DNA of 64,000 nucleotides from an uncultured Gammaproteobacteria bacterium (GTDB lineage Bacteria; Patescibacteriota; Microgenomatia; UBA8517): NCBI GenBank assembly GCA_964599625.1, contig CAZRGC010000003.1, positions 3,816 to 67,815 of the forward strand, read 5' to 3'. Shown piece by piece: positions 18,379 to 26,908 of this stretch (position 1 is its first letter; each line of letters starts with the position of its first letter). The notes under the pieces were generated by a model. It saw only the letters and a program-made list of their open reading frames with translations, ran no database searches and was not told where the DNA came from. The position numbers and the translations under genes were made by a program.

Positions 18379-21207
18379 ATGGCTAAACTATTAACCAAGA
18401 ATAATATTGAGGAGCTTTTTTATGCCTTTGAACATTTTTTTCCAGAAGGCTATGTTTATTCCAGCGACAAACCTTTTGTTTCTGGAAATTTTAAGTGGAA
18501 CAATCGGGAATCCTTCATTGAATCCATTAAAAATTTCACCGGGGTGGAAATAGATCCTAAAGATCCTGAATCAATAAAAAATGCACAATTTGCTTTAAAA
18601 AAGCTGGAAGATGACGCACCACTTGATAGCAATTTACCCGATCAAGCAAGGCTTAAGCAAATGGAAGCAGAAAGACTTAAAAGGGAAGCTGCCATAAAAG
18701 CCAGTGCCGAGGATGCAAAAATTCAAGTTCAAGCAGCAATCAAAAGACAAGAGGAGCTACACAAAACAATTCAAGGTAAAAAGATTTATCGAAGAGTAAA
18801 CACCCCACCCCCAGAAACATTAACTGAAGATAAAGCAAAAACAGTTGAAACCTTCAAAACAGCAGCAGTCGCCAACCCGGAGCAATTAACCCATCAAATA
18901 GCATCTGAGATAGAAGAAAGAATAAAAACTTCAATACCGGACGAGGTTGAACCAGAAGTGGTTAAAGCACTTTCTACAAGAGCAGCAGTCAGAGTTGTGG
19001 AAAATCTTAGAGGTAAATCACTTGCAGTTGAGGCACTTACAGTCAACAAAATCGCCGGTGACGAGAGCGTTGTTGGAACCGTAAATCCGGAAACTACAAA
19101 GCTGTTTATTAATTCCGCCGTGAATGTCGGTAATACAAAAATAATCGAGTACCAAATCGACAGAAAAATTGTCGCAGCTGCTTTCAACGAAGATTTTGCT
19201 TCAAATTTCTTGGGTCCAAAAGATTTAGATAAAGTAAATATTGAATTTTCTTTGACCCCCCAAGCAGGGTTTGAAGAATACGATCTTGGAGAAGTTACCA
19301 CATCACAGATAGATTTTTTGAACAAGCAAGACTTTGTTTTTGACACTATCGGAAGTGTTGGTTCAGGCGAAATAAAGTCGGTATTTTTAAAACAGGTTGG
19401 CTCTTGGATTGAAAGTAGTATTCCAGAGTCAGGAGCTGTCGCGGAAGCATACAACACCCCTCTGGTACAAGCAGCTTTAAGCTATTACGGGTTGGGTGAA
19501 CCAATTGCCTGGGAAGGGACAACATTCTTTGGAAGAATGGCTGTGGAATTTGGGTATGGCCCGACTTTTGGATGGGCAGGGCAAATTACTGGTATTGATT
19601 TTGGCGTAACCCAGGCATCTGCAAGTATTTCATCAGAGGTGGCCGCACAAGCCGCAGCAGGAACACTTTCGACAGAAATGACAGCCGCCGCAGTCAATAC
19701 TGCCGCTGTGGGCGGTGGAGTTGCCGCAACCGAAGGAGCAGCTGTTGTTGGAGGTGTGACTGCTGCCGCAGCCGAAGGAGCAGGAGCGGTAGTTGCAACC
19801 GGTGCAGTAGCTGCAGGTGGAGTTGCAGCCACAGAAACGGGCGTTGCAGCCGCGTCTGTCGCCGCAGCGCCCGTAACAGGTGGTGTCAGCTTGGCAATTG
19901 GCGCTGCTGTTGGCCTTATAACTGCAATTTTTGGACCTAAATTCCTGGATTGGGTTTCTAAAAACGCTAAAAAAGTTGACGGAACAAGTGTTGCGCTTGC
20001 AGGCGCATTTTTTGGAATGGTAATCGGTGGCGGAATATCAGGTGCGTTGATAGGCGCAAGCATAGGTCTTGGCTCATTTGGGCTCCTGACAGGAGGTTTT
20101 TCAGGTGTCGGCAGCGCCTTTTCAGGGGCCGCAACTTCAATTTTTGGAGCTTTCAGCGCTGCTTGGGCAATCCTTCTGGCCGAGACAGGTTTACCAATAA
20201 TTAGCTTTCTAATAGGTTTTCCGCTTTTGACTGCTTTGATTCTTGTGATAATAAACAACAGTGCTTATCTGGTACCACCTGGCGGCGACTCTTCGTTGAA
20301 TAGTACTAATGCCTATATATCGGTAGAGAAAAAAGCCGAACCAGCAGGCCAGGTCCCATCGCCTACAACAGTAACATACACGGTTACAATAACAGCCAAA
20401 AAGGACACTCTTTCGGGTATAAGTTTTACAGCCACTTGTAGTGCAATCAAAAAGAGCGGGGGAACAATTGATTGTAAAAACTTGGAACAACTTCCCGCTC
20501 CCCCAGCATCCATATCTCCGGGGGCTCCGTACTCATTTACGTTTACTTCAACTTATGGTTCAAATTTTAATGATTCCTTGGTTAGTGACAGCATCACAGT
20601 CACCGCCTCATCAAACGATGGCGGCGAGGTTTCCGAAACAGGCTCTGCGTCTGTGTGTTTTGGAGACTGCCCGCTTGGATGTTATAAAACAGTAGACAAC
20701 AACGAACCTTGGCCCGCCAACTTCAAATCAAACCTCGACGCAGCAGCGGCGACGCTTAGTGGAAGTCATCCGGGTTTTTCCCAAAAAGCGTGTGCCGGTG
20801 GCGAAATTAATATGTGTTACACAACAAAAAGTCCAAATCCTATTGGGTCGGGTGGTTTGTGTAACAGAACCATTTATGCCATTCATGCACACAGCGGTTC
20901 CTGCGATATTAATTACAACCAATGTGGTCTCAGAAGCCAAAGTGATGCCTTATATATCCTTACACACGAAGTGTCTCACCATATACAAAATATCAACGGA
21001 GGACTCCAAAGGCAATTTGAGCAACAAGTTCCCTCTTCCGAATGGCCAATATGCACATACAGCAACACGGGAAATCCTTACGAAAGCATGGCAGAAGGAA
21101 ATGCATTGTTTGTTGGTAAGCCGTCCTGGAGCGGCTGTGTAACAAACTATCAGTCCCAATACCCCAAGCATTATCAATTCGCCAAAAACGTAATGTTTGC
21201 CCAATAA
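18379..21207 (+). CDS. Large membrane protein with an N-terminal cytoplasmic domain, a Gly/Ala-rich multi-TM block and a C-terminal Cys-rich HExxH metallopeptidase-like domain
   Basis: No signal peptide. The 19.6-20.25 kb region encodes G/A/V-rich helices. HEVSH lies at 20965-20979, followed by ...ESMAEGN (a possible third ligand). 14 Cys in the last 200 aa. Confidence 0.5.
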   Translation: MAKLLTKNNIEELFYAFEHFFPEGYVYSSDKPFVSGNFKWNNRESFIESIKNFTGVEIDPKDPESIKNAQFALKKLEDDAPLDSNLPDQARLKQMEAERLKREAAIKASAEDAKIQVQAAIKRQEELHKTIQGKKIYRRVNTPPPETLTEDKAKTVETFKTAAVANPEQLTHQIASEIEERIKTSIPDEVEPEVVKALSTRAAVRVVENLRGKSLAVEALTVNKIAGDESVVGTVNPETTKLFINSAVNVGNTKIIEYQIDRKIVAAAFNEDFASNFLGPKDLDKVNIEFSLTPQAGFEEYDLGEVTTSQIDFLNKQDFVFDTIGSVGSGEIKSVFLKQVGSWIESSIPESGAVAEAYNTPLVQAALSYYGLGEPIAWEGTTFFGRMAVEFGYGPTFGWAGQITGIDFGVTQASASISSEVAAQAAAGTLSTEMTAAAVNTAAVGGGVAATEGAAVVGGVTAAAAEGAGAVVATGAVAAGGVAATETGVAAASVAAAPVTGGVSLAIGAAVGLITAIFGPKFLDWVSKNAKKVDGTSVALAGAFFGMVIGGGISGALIGASIGLGSFGLLTGGFSGVGSAFSGAATSIFGAFSAAWAILLAETGLPIISFLIGFPLLTALILVIINNSAYLVPPGGDSSLNSTNAYISVEKKAEPAGQVPSPTTVTYTVTITAKKDTLSGISFTATCSAIKKSGGTIDCKNLEQLPAPPASISPGAPYSFTFTSTYGSNFNDSLVSDSITVTASSNDGGEVSETGSASVCFGDCPLGCYKTVDNNEPWPANFKSNLDAAAATLSGSHPGFSQKACAGGEINMCYTTKSPNPIGSGGLCNRTIYAIHAHSGSCDINYNQCGLRSQSDALYILTHEVSHHIQNINGGLQRQFEQQVPSSEWPICTYSNTGNPYESMAEGNALFVGKPSWSGCVTNYQSQYPKHYQFAKNVMFAQ

Positions 21208-21267
21208 ACAAGTTTGTTCACTGCTTTGCTATATTTGCAAAGTTTGAATGAATATATAATTAAACTA

Positions 21268-21855
21268 ATGAAAAAATTTATTTCCTTTATTAAAAAAATT
21301 TGGATGCCAGTTGCAGTAATACTTTTTGTAAGTGTGTTTATGTTAAATATTCTCATAAAACCAAAAAACACTCCATCAACCAGCGCAACACCTGCACCTG
21401 ATACCAAAACGGCAAGATTCGGAAGCCTTGTCCCTGGAACCAGTTCGCAAACCGACGTGAATGGCGTTTTAGGAAGACCTGTATCAACAAAACAGCAAGG
21501 TACAATGACTGTATCCGAATTTAGATCTTCAAACCAATACAGGTTCCATGAGGTGATTTTTCAAAACGGGACAGCTGTCCTTATCAAACAAATTATTAAC
21601 TCAAACGATAACTTAGACTCAAGCTTTGTTACCAACCAATTTGGTTCAGCCCCTTTTAAGCTTTACGAAAACCTTTCTAACAGTTCATTTAGTTTGTATA
21701 TTTACCCGCAAAATGGAATTGCATATCTTGGTCATACCGATGGAACACTCAAGGAAATTTGGTATTTTGAACCATCAAGCTTCGAAGATTTTAACTCAAA
21801 ATGGGCCTCAGACTTTTCTCAAAAACCGCCAGAAGAAGACGAAATAATCCATTAA
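21268..21855 (+). CDS. Membrane-anchored hypothetical protein (signal anchor plus S/T-rich linker)
   Basis: Start re-set to the ATG at 21268 (MKKFISFIKKIWMPVAVILFV...). Its 3' end is convergent with dnaN. Confidence 0.4.
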   Translation: MKKFISFIKKIWMPVAVILFVSVFMLNILIKPKNTPSTSATPAPDTKTARFGSLVPGTSSQTDVNGVLGRPVSTKQQGTMTVSEFRSSNQYRFHEVIFQNGTAVLIKQIINSNDNLDSSFVTNQFGSAPFKLYENLSNSSFSLYIYPQNGIAYLGHTDGTLKEIWYFEPSSFEDFNSKWASDFSQKPPEEDEIIH

Positions 21856-22970
21856 CTCTGTACTCTAACTGGCATTATAAGATGCAAATAGTCACCATCA
21901 GAAGCATCCCTGAAAACGCCTGCGGAGTTGGACCCGGAAAGCTCAAGAAGCAAATTATCGTTTTTGACTGAATGTATAAAATCTTCCAAGAATTTATAAT
22001 TAAAACTAATCTCCATTCCGTTTTCCACAGACGAATCTTTCTCTATTTTTGCTTCAACAACCGTCTCTTGATTACCCGAACTGCCACTTTCTGCGGAGAC
22101 TTTAATCGTATCAGTGAGGACTTTTAGTTTGACTATATTTGACGATTCTCTGGCAAAAACAGAAGCAAGTTTCACCGCCCTTTGAAAGTCTTCTCTATCA
22201 ACTGAAATTTTTACACTCGAAGACTTGGGAATTATTTTCTCATAGTCTGGATATTCCCCTTCCAGTAATCTAGAAGACAAAGTAACATCACCAATAGAAA
22301 AAATAGCCTGTTTATCTTCCTGGTTAAACGAAAAGTCAATTTTTTCAACACCCGTATCCCTTTGTATTTCTGTTAAAACCCCCTTTGGTAAAATAAGTTC
22401 AAACTCACCATCTCCATCTACTTTAATAACTTTTTTAGAAAGACGGAAACCATCCGTGGCAACCAAAGACATTTTTCCTCCTTTTTCTTTTGTAATAAGA
22501 ACACCTGTTAATACAGGCCTGGTTTCATCCAAAGACGCCGCAAAAGAAACTTGAGATAGTGCCTCAGAAACTTTTAAAGCAGGTAGCGTCATTGACGATT
22601 CCTTGTCTACATTTGTGGGAATTTTCGGGAAATCCGAAGAAGTCATTCCAAGCACAGTTGATGCAAATCTTGAAGTAGAAACTTTCATTTGTTCGGCTTT
22701 TGATGATATTTCGACGGTTTCTTTTGGAAGATTCGAAACCAGATCGTTAAGGACTTTAGAAGGAACACTCAAATCTCCTTCTTCTTCAACTTTTGCCCCT
22801 GCTGTAACCGCAACTGAAATCTCAAGGTTCGTTGACATAACTTTTACTTTTGTTTTTGTCGCACTTATTAAAACATTACCCAATACAGGTAGTTGGGCTT
22901 TCGGGCTTGTAAATCTGGATGCAACACCTACTGCCTTGTTTAAATCTTCCTGAAGAATTGTGAATTTCAT
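21852..22970 (-). CDS. dnaN: DNA polymerase III beta subunit (sliding clamp)
   Basis: 372 aa. It has the three-domain beta-clamp pattern (MKFTILQEDLNKAV..., ...LELSGSNSAGVFRD...) and the canonical position downstream of dnaA. Confidence 0.85.
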   Translation of the reverse strand: MKFTILQEDLNKAVGVASRFTSPKAQLPVLGNVLISATKTKVKVMSTNLEISVAVTAGAKVEEEGDLSVPSKVLNDLVSNLPKETVEISSKAEQMKVSTSRFASTVLGMTSSDFPKIPTNVDKESSMTLPALKVSEALSQVSFAASLDETRPVLTGVLITKEKGGKMSLVATDGFRLSKKVIKVDGDGEFELILPKGVLTEIQRDTGVEKIDFSFNQEDKQAIFSIGDVTLSSRLLEGEYPDYEKIIPKSSSVKISVDREDFQRAVKLASVFARESSNIVKLKVLTDTIKVSAESGSSGNQETVVEAKIEKDSSVENGMEISFNYKFLEDFIHSVKNDNLLLELSGSNSAGVFRDASDGDYLHLIMPVRVQS

Positions 22971-23260
22971 ATATGGGCTTCAGTATATTGTTATAGTAAA
23001 TTCAAAGCAAGATGTCTATCGTATAACACTAAATATATTTTCAAGAAATTTATAATTAAGTGTTTTCGCTTTTTTTGTTAAATAATTAAAGAAAATAGTA
23101 GTTTTAGTAGTAGTAACAGTTGATAAGTAGATATCCAAGTGTATTTGAACCTAACTTTTGTAAAATATTCGTGTTTATATTACGCACACCCATTTGTTAA
23201 TAACTTTGTGGATAATTACGAGGCTGATGTTGATAAGTGTAAAAGTCTGAAAAATTATCC
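22971..23260. promoter_or_regulatory. Candidate oriC segment (dnaA-dnaN intergenic): AT-rich DNA-unwinding element (DUE) plus DnaA boxes
   Basis: Perfect DnaA box TGTGGATAA at 23207-23215 (reverse orientation). One-mismatch box TTATCCTCA at 23255-23263. Degenerate TGATAAGT repeats near 23122-23130 and 23240-23248. Highly AT-rich at 22980-23140. Confidence 0.55.
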
Positions 23261-24625
23261 TCAAATTTTGGTTTTTATACTCATAATATCCTCACGGATT
23301 TGCACATCTTGGGTGGCTAGTTCTGTTATTTTTTCCACAGCATGCATGACGGTTGTGTGATCCCTTCCACCAACCACTCTGCCAACTTCTTCTAGGGGAA
23401 TTCCTAAATGTGTTCGAAGTAGATACATAAGTACCTGTCTTGGCCTGGCAATTGGCCTGGCCCTCGAATCCCCCAAAAGCAGACGTTTTCCAACTTGGTA
23501 GTATTTAGCTACTGCATCTACAGCTTCTCCTGGAGTGCTTCTTTTGCTGCTAGAAGGTGACTCAACACCCTTAAACAACGCACTTTCTACTACTGTATCT
23601 GAGATTGATACTTTTTTGAGATGAATTTCGGTAAGTAGTTTTGTTAAAAGGCCCTCAATTTTTCTGGCACTTTCTGCGTTCGCAGCAAGCATTTGAACTT
23701 GCTCCATGGTCAAGTTTATCCCTTTTTCTTTTGCTTTGATTTGTGTAATGGCGCACCTTAATTCAAAATCTGGTGGCGATATATCTACGATTAGTCCTGC
23801 CTCAAACCGGCTTCGAAGACGTTCCTCAAGTTTACTTATTTCAGAAGGTGGTCTGTCTGATGTTAAAATTACCTGTCCTCCGGCTGATGTAACAGCATTA
23901 AACGTGTGGAAAAACTCTTCTTGGACAGTGTCTTTACCCGCGATAAACTGAATATCGTCAATTAAAAGCAAATCCAACTTTCGATATTTATTTCTGAACA
24001 TTTGTGTAGTTTTGTTTCGAATTCCTTCGACTATGTCGTTGGTGAAATCTTCACCTGTACAAAAAAGCACTTTTAACTCTGAGCTTTGTTTTAGAGAATA
24101 ATTACCCACAGAAACCATTAAATGAGTTTTCCCTACCCCGACACCTCCCCAAAGAAACAAAGGGTTGTAAGCAGAACCAAGGCTTCTTGATACAGCTTCT
24201 GCTGCTGCATGAGCCATTTGGTTCGATGAAGAGACGGCGAAGTTTTCAAATGTAAAACTAGGCCTGATCCTGGCTTTTTGTTGAATTTCTTTTATTCTTT
24301 CGTTGTTTGAATCGGAAGAATCAAACAATGGTTCTATTGCAGTGTTGGTTTGTTTTGTTGATTCAGGGTTGGTCTTTACCACAAAAATAAGTTCGCACTT
24401 TTTCCCGGTAACGTTTGTGAGTGAATCCTGGATAATTCCAAAATACCTTGTTTCAATTTGATTTTTTGCATACACAGTGTTGCAGCCAACTTCGCAAATA
24501 ATTCGTTCACCAGTGTCGCTTTGCGATGCCAGATGTGTTTGGGAAAACCAAGTAGAAAAGGTGGCCGCAGAAACGGAAACCTTGATGATGTTTAGTACTT
24601 CTTTCCAAACTTCGTTGTTAGTCAT
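23261..24625 (-). CDS. dnaA: Chromosomal replication initiator protein DnaA
   Basis: AAA+ Walker A GGVGVGKTHLM, Walker B LLLIDDIQF, sensor motifs, and a C-terminal DNA-binding domain (...LMYLLR...). 454 aa. Confidence 0.9.
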   Translation of the reverse strand: MTNNEVWKEVLNIIKVSVSAATFSTWFSQTHLASQSDTGERIICEVGCNTVYAKNQIETRYFGIIQDSLTNVTGKKCELIFVVKTNPESTKQTNTAIEPLFDSSDSNNERIKEIQQKARIRPSFTFENFAVSSSNQMAHAAAEAVSRSLGSAYNPLFLWGGVGVGKTHLMVSVGNYSLKQSSELKVLFCTGEDFTNDIVEGIRNKTTQMFRNKYRKLDLLLIDDIQFIAGKDTVQEEFFHTFNAVTSAGGQVILTSDRPPSEISKLEERLRSRFEAGLIVDISPPDFELRCAITQIKAKEKGINLTMEQVQMLAANAESARKIEGLLTKLLTEIHLKKVSISDTVVESALFKGVESPSSSKRSTPGEAVDAVAKYYQVGKRLLLGDSRARPIARPRQVLMYLLRTHLGIPLEEVGRVVGGRDHTTVMHAVEKITELATQDVQIREDIMSIKTKI

Positions 24626-24820
24626 TGTTTATCTTGTCTTTCACCTTACACTTTTTTGGAGCAGTGAGAGCGGGAAGCTTCCTTCTTTTACGCTCAAGAT
24701 TTCCGGACTGTGTGTCCTGTACCATTACTTTTTAATAAGTTATCCACAATTCGTCAAGTGGTATTTGGTTTGTAGTTGAAAACCTGCCTGTTTGGTTGAT
24801 ATAATAACAACTGAATTGAA
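24626..24820. promoter_or_regulatory. dnaA upstream region with a perfect DnaA box; divergent dnaA/rpmH promoter region
   Basis: TTATCCACA at 24740-24748. Lies between divergent dnaA (-) and rpmH (+). Confidence 0.5.
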
Positions 24821-24961
24821 ATGGCTACAAAAAGAACATATCAACCAAGTAAAACCAAGAGGCGAAGGGTTCATGGTTTCCGAACCAGAATGAAGACAAA
24901 AACAGGTAGAAGAGTCCTTGCAACCAGAAGGCTCAAAGGCCGAAAGAAATTAACAGTTTAA
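24821..24961 (+). CDS. rpmH: 50S ribosomal protein L34
   Basis: Manual translation gives [46 protein letters not shown] (46 aa), the canonical L34 sequence. It is absent from the ORF track because it is under 60 aa. Confidence 0.9.
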   Translation: MATKRTYQPSKTKRRRVHGFRTRMKTKTGRRVLATRRLKGRKKLTV

Positions 24962-24975
24962 CTTCATAGTTAATC

Positions 24976-25317
24976 ATGCTTGCTAAAAAATACAGACTTA
25001 GTGGATCTAAAGATTATGAGCGAATTCAGGCTGTGGGTACCATTTTTCAGTCTGAATGCTTTGGTATTGCATACTTTGACAGAAAAGACGGTGAGCCTAG
25101 TAGGTTTGGTTTTGTCGTTTCTACCAAAATTGCCAAGGACGCCGTAGACAGAAACAGGTTCAAACGTGCAATGAGTGAAGCGGTTAGGATGTGCTCGACC
25201 CAGACACGAAACGGTTATGATGTTGTCTTTCTGGCCAAAACAACAATCGCCAGAAAACCAACAAGCGGAGTGATGAAAGAGGTGCAAAGCTCACTGTCCA
25301 CAATTGGAATTCTTTGA
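24976..25317 (+). CDS. rnpA: RNase P protein component
   Basis: 113 aa with KRLRKRSEF-like basic motifs ([26 protein letters not shown]). Conserved position after rpmH. Confidence 0.85.
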   Translation: MLAKKYRLSGSKDYERIQAVGTIFQSECFGIAYFDRKDGEPSRFGFVVSTKIAKDAVDRNRFKRAMSEAVRMCSTQTRNGYDVVFLAKTTIARKPTSGVMKEVQSSLSTIGIL

Positions 25318-25535
25318 TGACCAGGCTACTCATTTATTTTTTCAAATTTTATAAACGATACATTTCTGATGTTTTTGTAAAGTTTTTTGGAAACGCATGC
25401 AGGTTTACACCAAGTTGCTCCGAGTATACAATAGAGGCTCTGGAGAAATATGGAATTAGAGGAATGGCTATGGGGTTTGGAAGGGTTTTAAGATGCCACC
25501 CCTTAGGTGGTAGCGGATGGGATCCAGTCAAATAA
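25314..25535 (+). CDS. yidD: Membrane protein insertion efficiency factor YidD
   Basis: 73 aa with a [10 protein letters not shown]...GF..G...RCHP motif. Overlaps the rnpA stop. Confidence 0.85.
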   Translation: MMTRLLIYFFKFYKRYISDVFVKFFGNACRFTPSCSEYTIEALEKYGIRGMAMGFGRVLRCHPLGGSGWDPVK

Positions 25536-25536
25536 C

Positions 25537-26358
25537 ATGAATATCTTTACATTATTTTTAACTCAACCGTTAGCAAACGGTCTAATTCTTTTTTATAGAG
25601 TTTTAGGAGGAAACCTTGGTTTGGCTATTTTGGTATTCAGTGTGGCTTTGGTTTATCTTTTGAGACCGCTTACCAAACCATATCTTGAATCCATGAAAAA
25701 AATAAAGTCGTTTGAGCCTCAACTTGCAAAACTGAGGAAAAAATACGGAAACGACAAGATGGCTTTTTCCAAGGCCCAGGCAAACCTTTACAAGGAAAAC
25801 AAAATAAACCCTACAGCAGGTTGTCTTCCTTATTTGCTTCAATTTTTTGTTTTGATAGCCCTTTTTAATGTTTTTACCACCGCGCTTGGAGGTGCCGAGG
25901 CAACATCTAAAATAAACGAGCTCCTTTATCCTTCATTAAAGTTTTCACAAGGTGAGACACTTAATACAAGATTTCTATATCTGGATATAAGCAAACCCGA
26001 CTCTTTCAATGTTTCTGGTATTCCATTTGCGCTTCCGGGGCTTTTTTTGATCTTGGCAACAGTGGCTCAGTTTTTGTCAGTGAAAATAACAACACCTTTT
26101 ATTGAGACAGAAAAGAAGATTGCCAAAAAAACTGAAAACACCGCCGACGACATGCAAGTAGCTATGCAGCAATCAATGACATACACACTTCCTTTGATGA
26201 CACTTTTTTTCGGGCTAAAATTTCCTTCAGGGCTGGCACTTTACTGGCTTGTTTTTTCCGTACTTAACGTTTGGCAGCAAGTTGGTATGAATGGATGGGG
26301 AAGTTTGACTCCCATGGTAAGGCGCGCCTCCAATTTTTTATCACGCTCAAAAGCTTAA
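25537..26358 (+). CDS. yidC: Membrane protein insertase YidC (short Gram-positive/CPR type)
   Basis: Start re-set to the ATG at 25537, just after the yidD stop. Five TM helices, conserved amphipathic loop, and a C-terminal basic tail. Confidence 0.85.
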   Translation: MNIFTLFLTQPLANGLILFYRVLGGNLGLAILVFSVALVYLLRPLTKPYLESMKKIKSFEPQLAKLRKKYGNDKMAFSKAQANLYKENKINPTAGCLPYLLQFFVLIALFNVFTTALGGAEATSKINELLYPSLKFSQGETLNTRFLYLDISKPDSFNVSGIPFALPGLFLILATVAQFLSVKITTPFIETEKKIAKKTENTADDMQVAMQQSMTYTLPLMTLFFGLKFPSGLALYWLVFSVLNVWQQVGMNGWGSLTPMVRRASNFLSRSKA

Positions 26359-26449
26359 TTTGACTCAGTTTGCTCAGAAAGCAGCTGGTAGTTTATTTAA
26401 TTCCAATCCTCTGGTAAAATCGTGACTCAGGGCATAAAATCCCTGGCAT

Positions 26450-26908
26450 ATGAAAGAAAAAATTGAGTCATTGCAGAAAATAGCCGAAGAGTTGCTTTCT
26501 CTTATGAGTGTTTCGGGGAAAGTTGAAGTTTCTTTTGACAAAGAAGCTGAAGTTTATGTGGTAGATTTGGACGCAGGAGAAGAAAACGGTCTACTGATCG
26601 GAAAGAAGGGTGATACACTCGGGAGTCTTCAAACAATACTTGGCATTATACTTAAGGGTAAAACGGGTGAGTGGAACAGGGTTGTTGTAAACATAGCCGA
26701 TTACAGGGAAAAAGAAGAGGATTACCTCAAAAATTTGGCGGAAAATGCTTCAGAAAGAGCCAAAACAACTGGCGAGCCTCAACATTTGTACAACCTCAAG
26801 CCGTGGCAAAGAAGAGTTGTTCACATGCACCTTTCAGAAAACAAGGATATTGAAACTGTTTCGGAAGGCGAGGGTGAAAACAGATATTTAGTTGTCAAAG
26901 CTAAGTGA
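26450..26908 (+). CDS. jag: Jag/KhpB-like RNA-binding protein (KH plus R3H domains)
   Basis: GLLIGKKGDTLGSLQ (KH GXXG loop) plus a C-terminal R3H-like segment (PWQRRVVHMHLSE). Conserved position after yidC. Confidence 0.75.
   Translation: MKEKIESLQKIAEELLSLMSVSGKVEVSFDKEAEVYVVDLDAGEENGLLIGKKGDTLGSLQTILGIILKGKTGEWNRVVVNIADYREKEEDYLKNLAENASERAKTTGEPQHLYNLKPWQRRVVHMHLSENKDIETVSEGEGENRYLVVKAK

Noticed and set aside
18894-20258. Minus-strand ORFs of 187 and 257 aa (Pro/Ala-rich) inside the 942-aa gene
   Set aside because: These are shadow ORFs: reverse-complement reading of the GC-rich Gly/Ala-encoding region gives Ala/Pro-rich low-complexity translations. The plus-strand gene has coherent domain structure.
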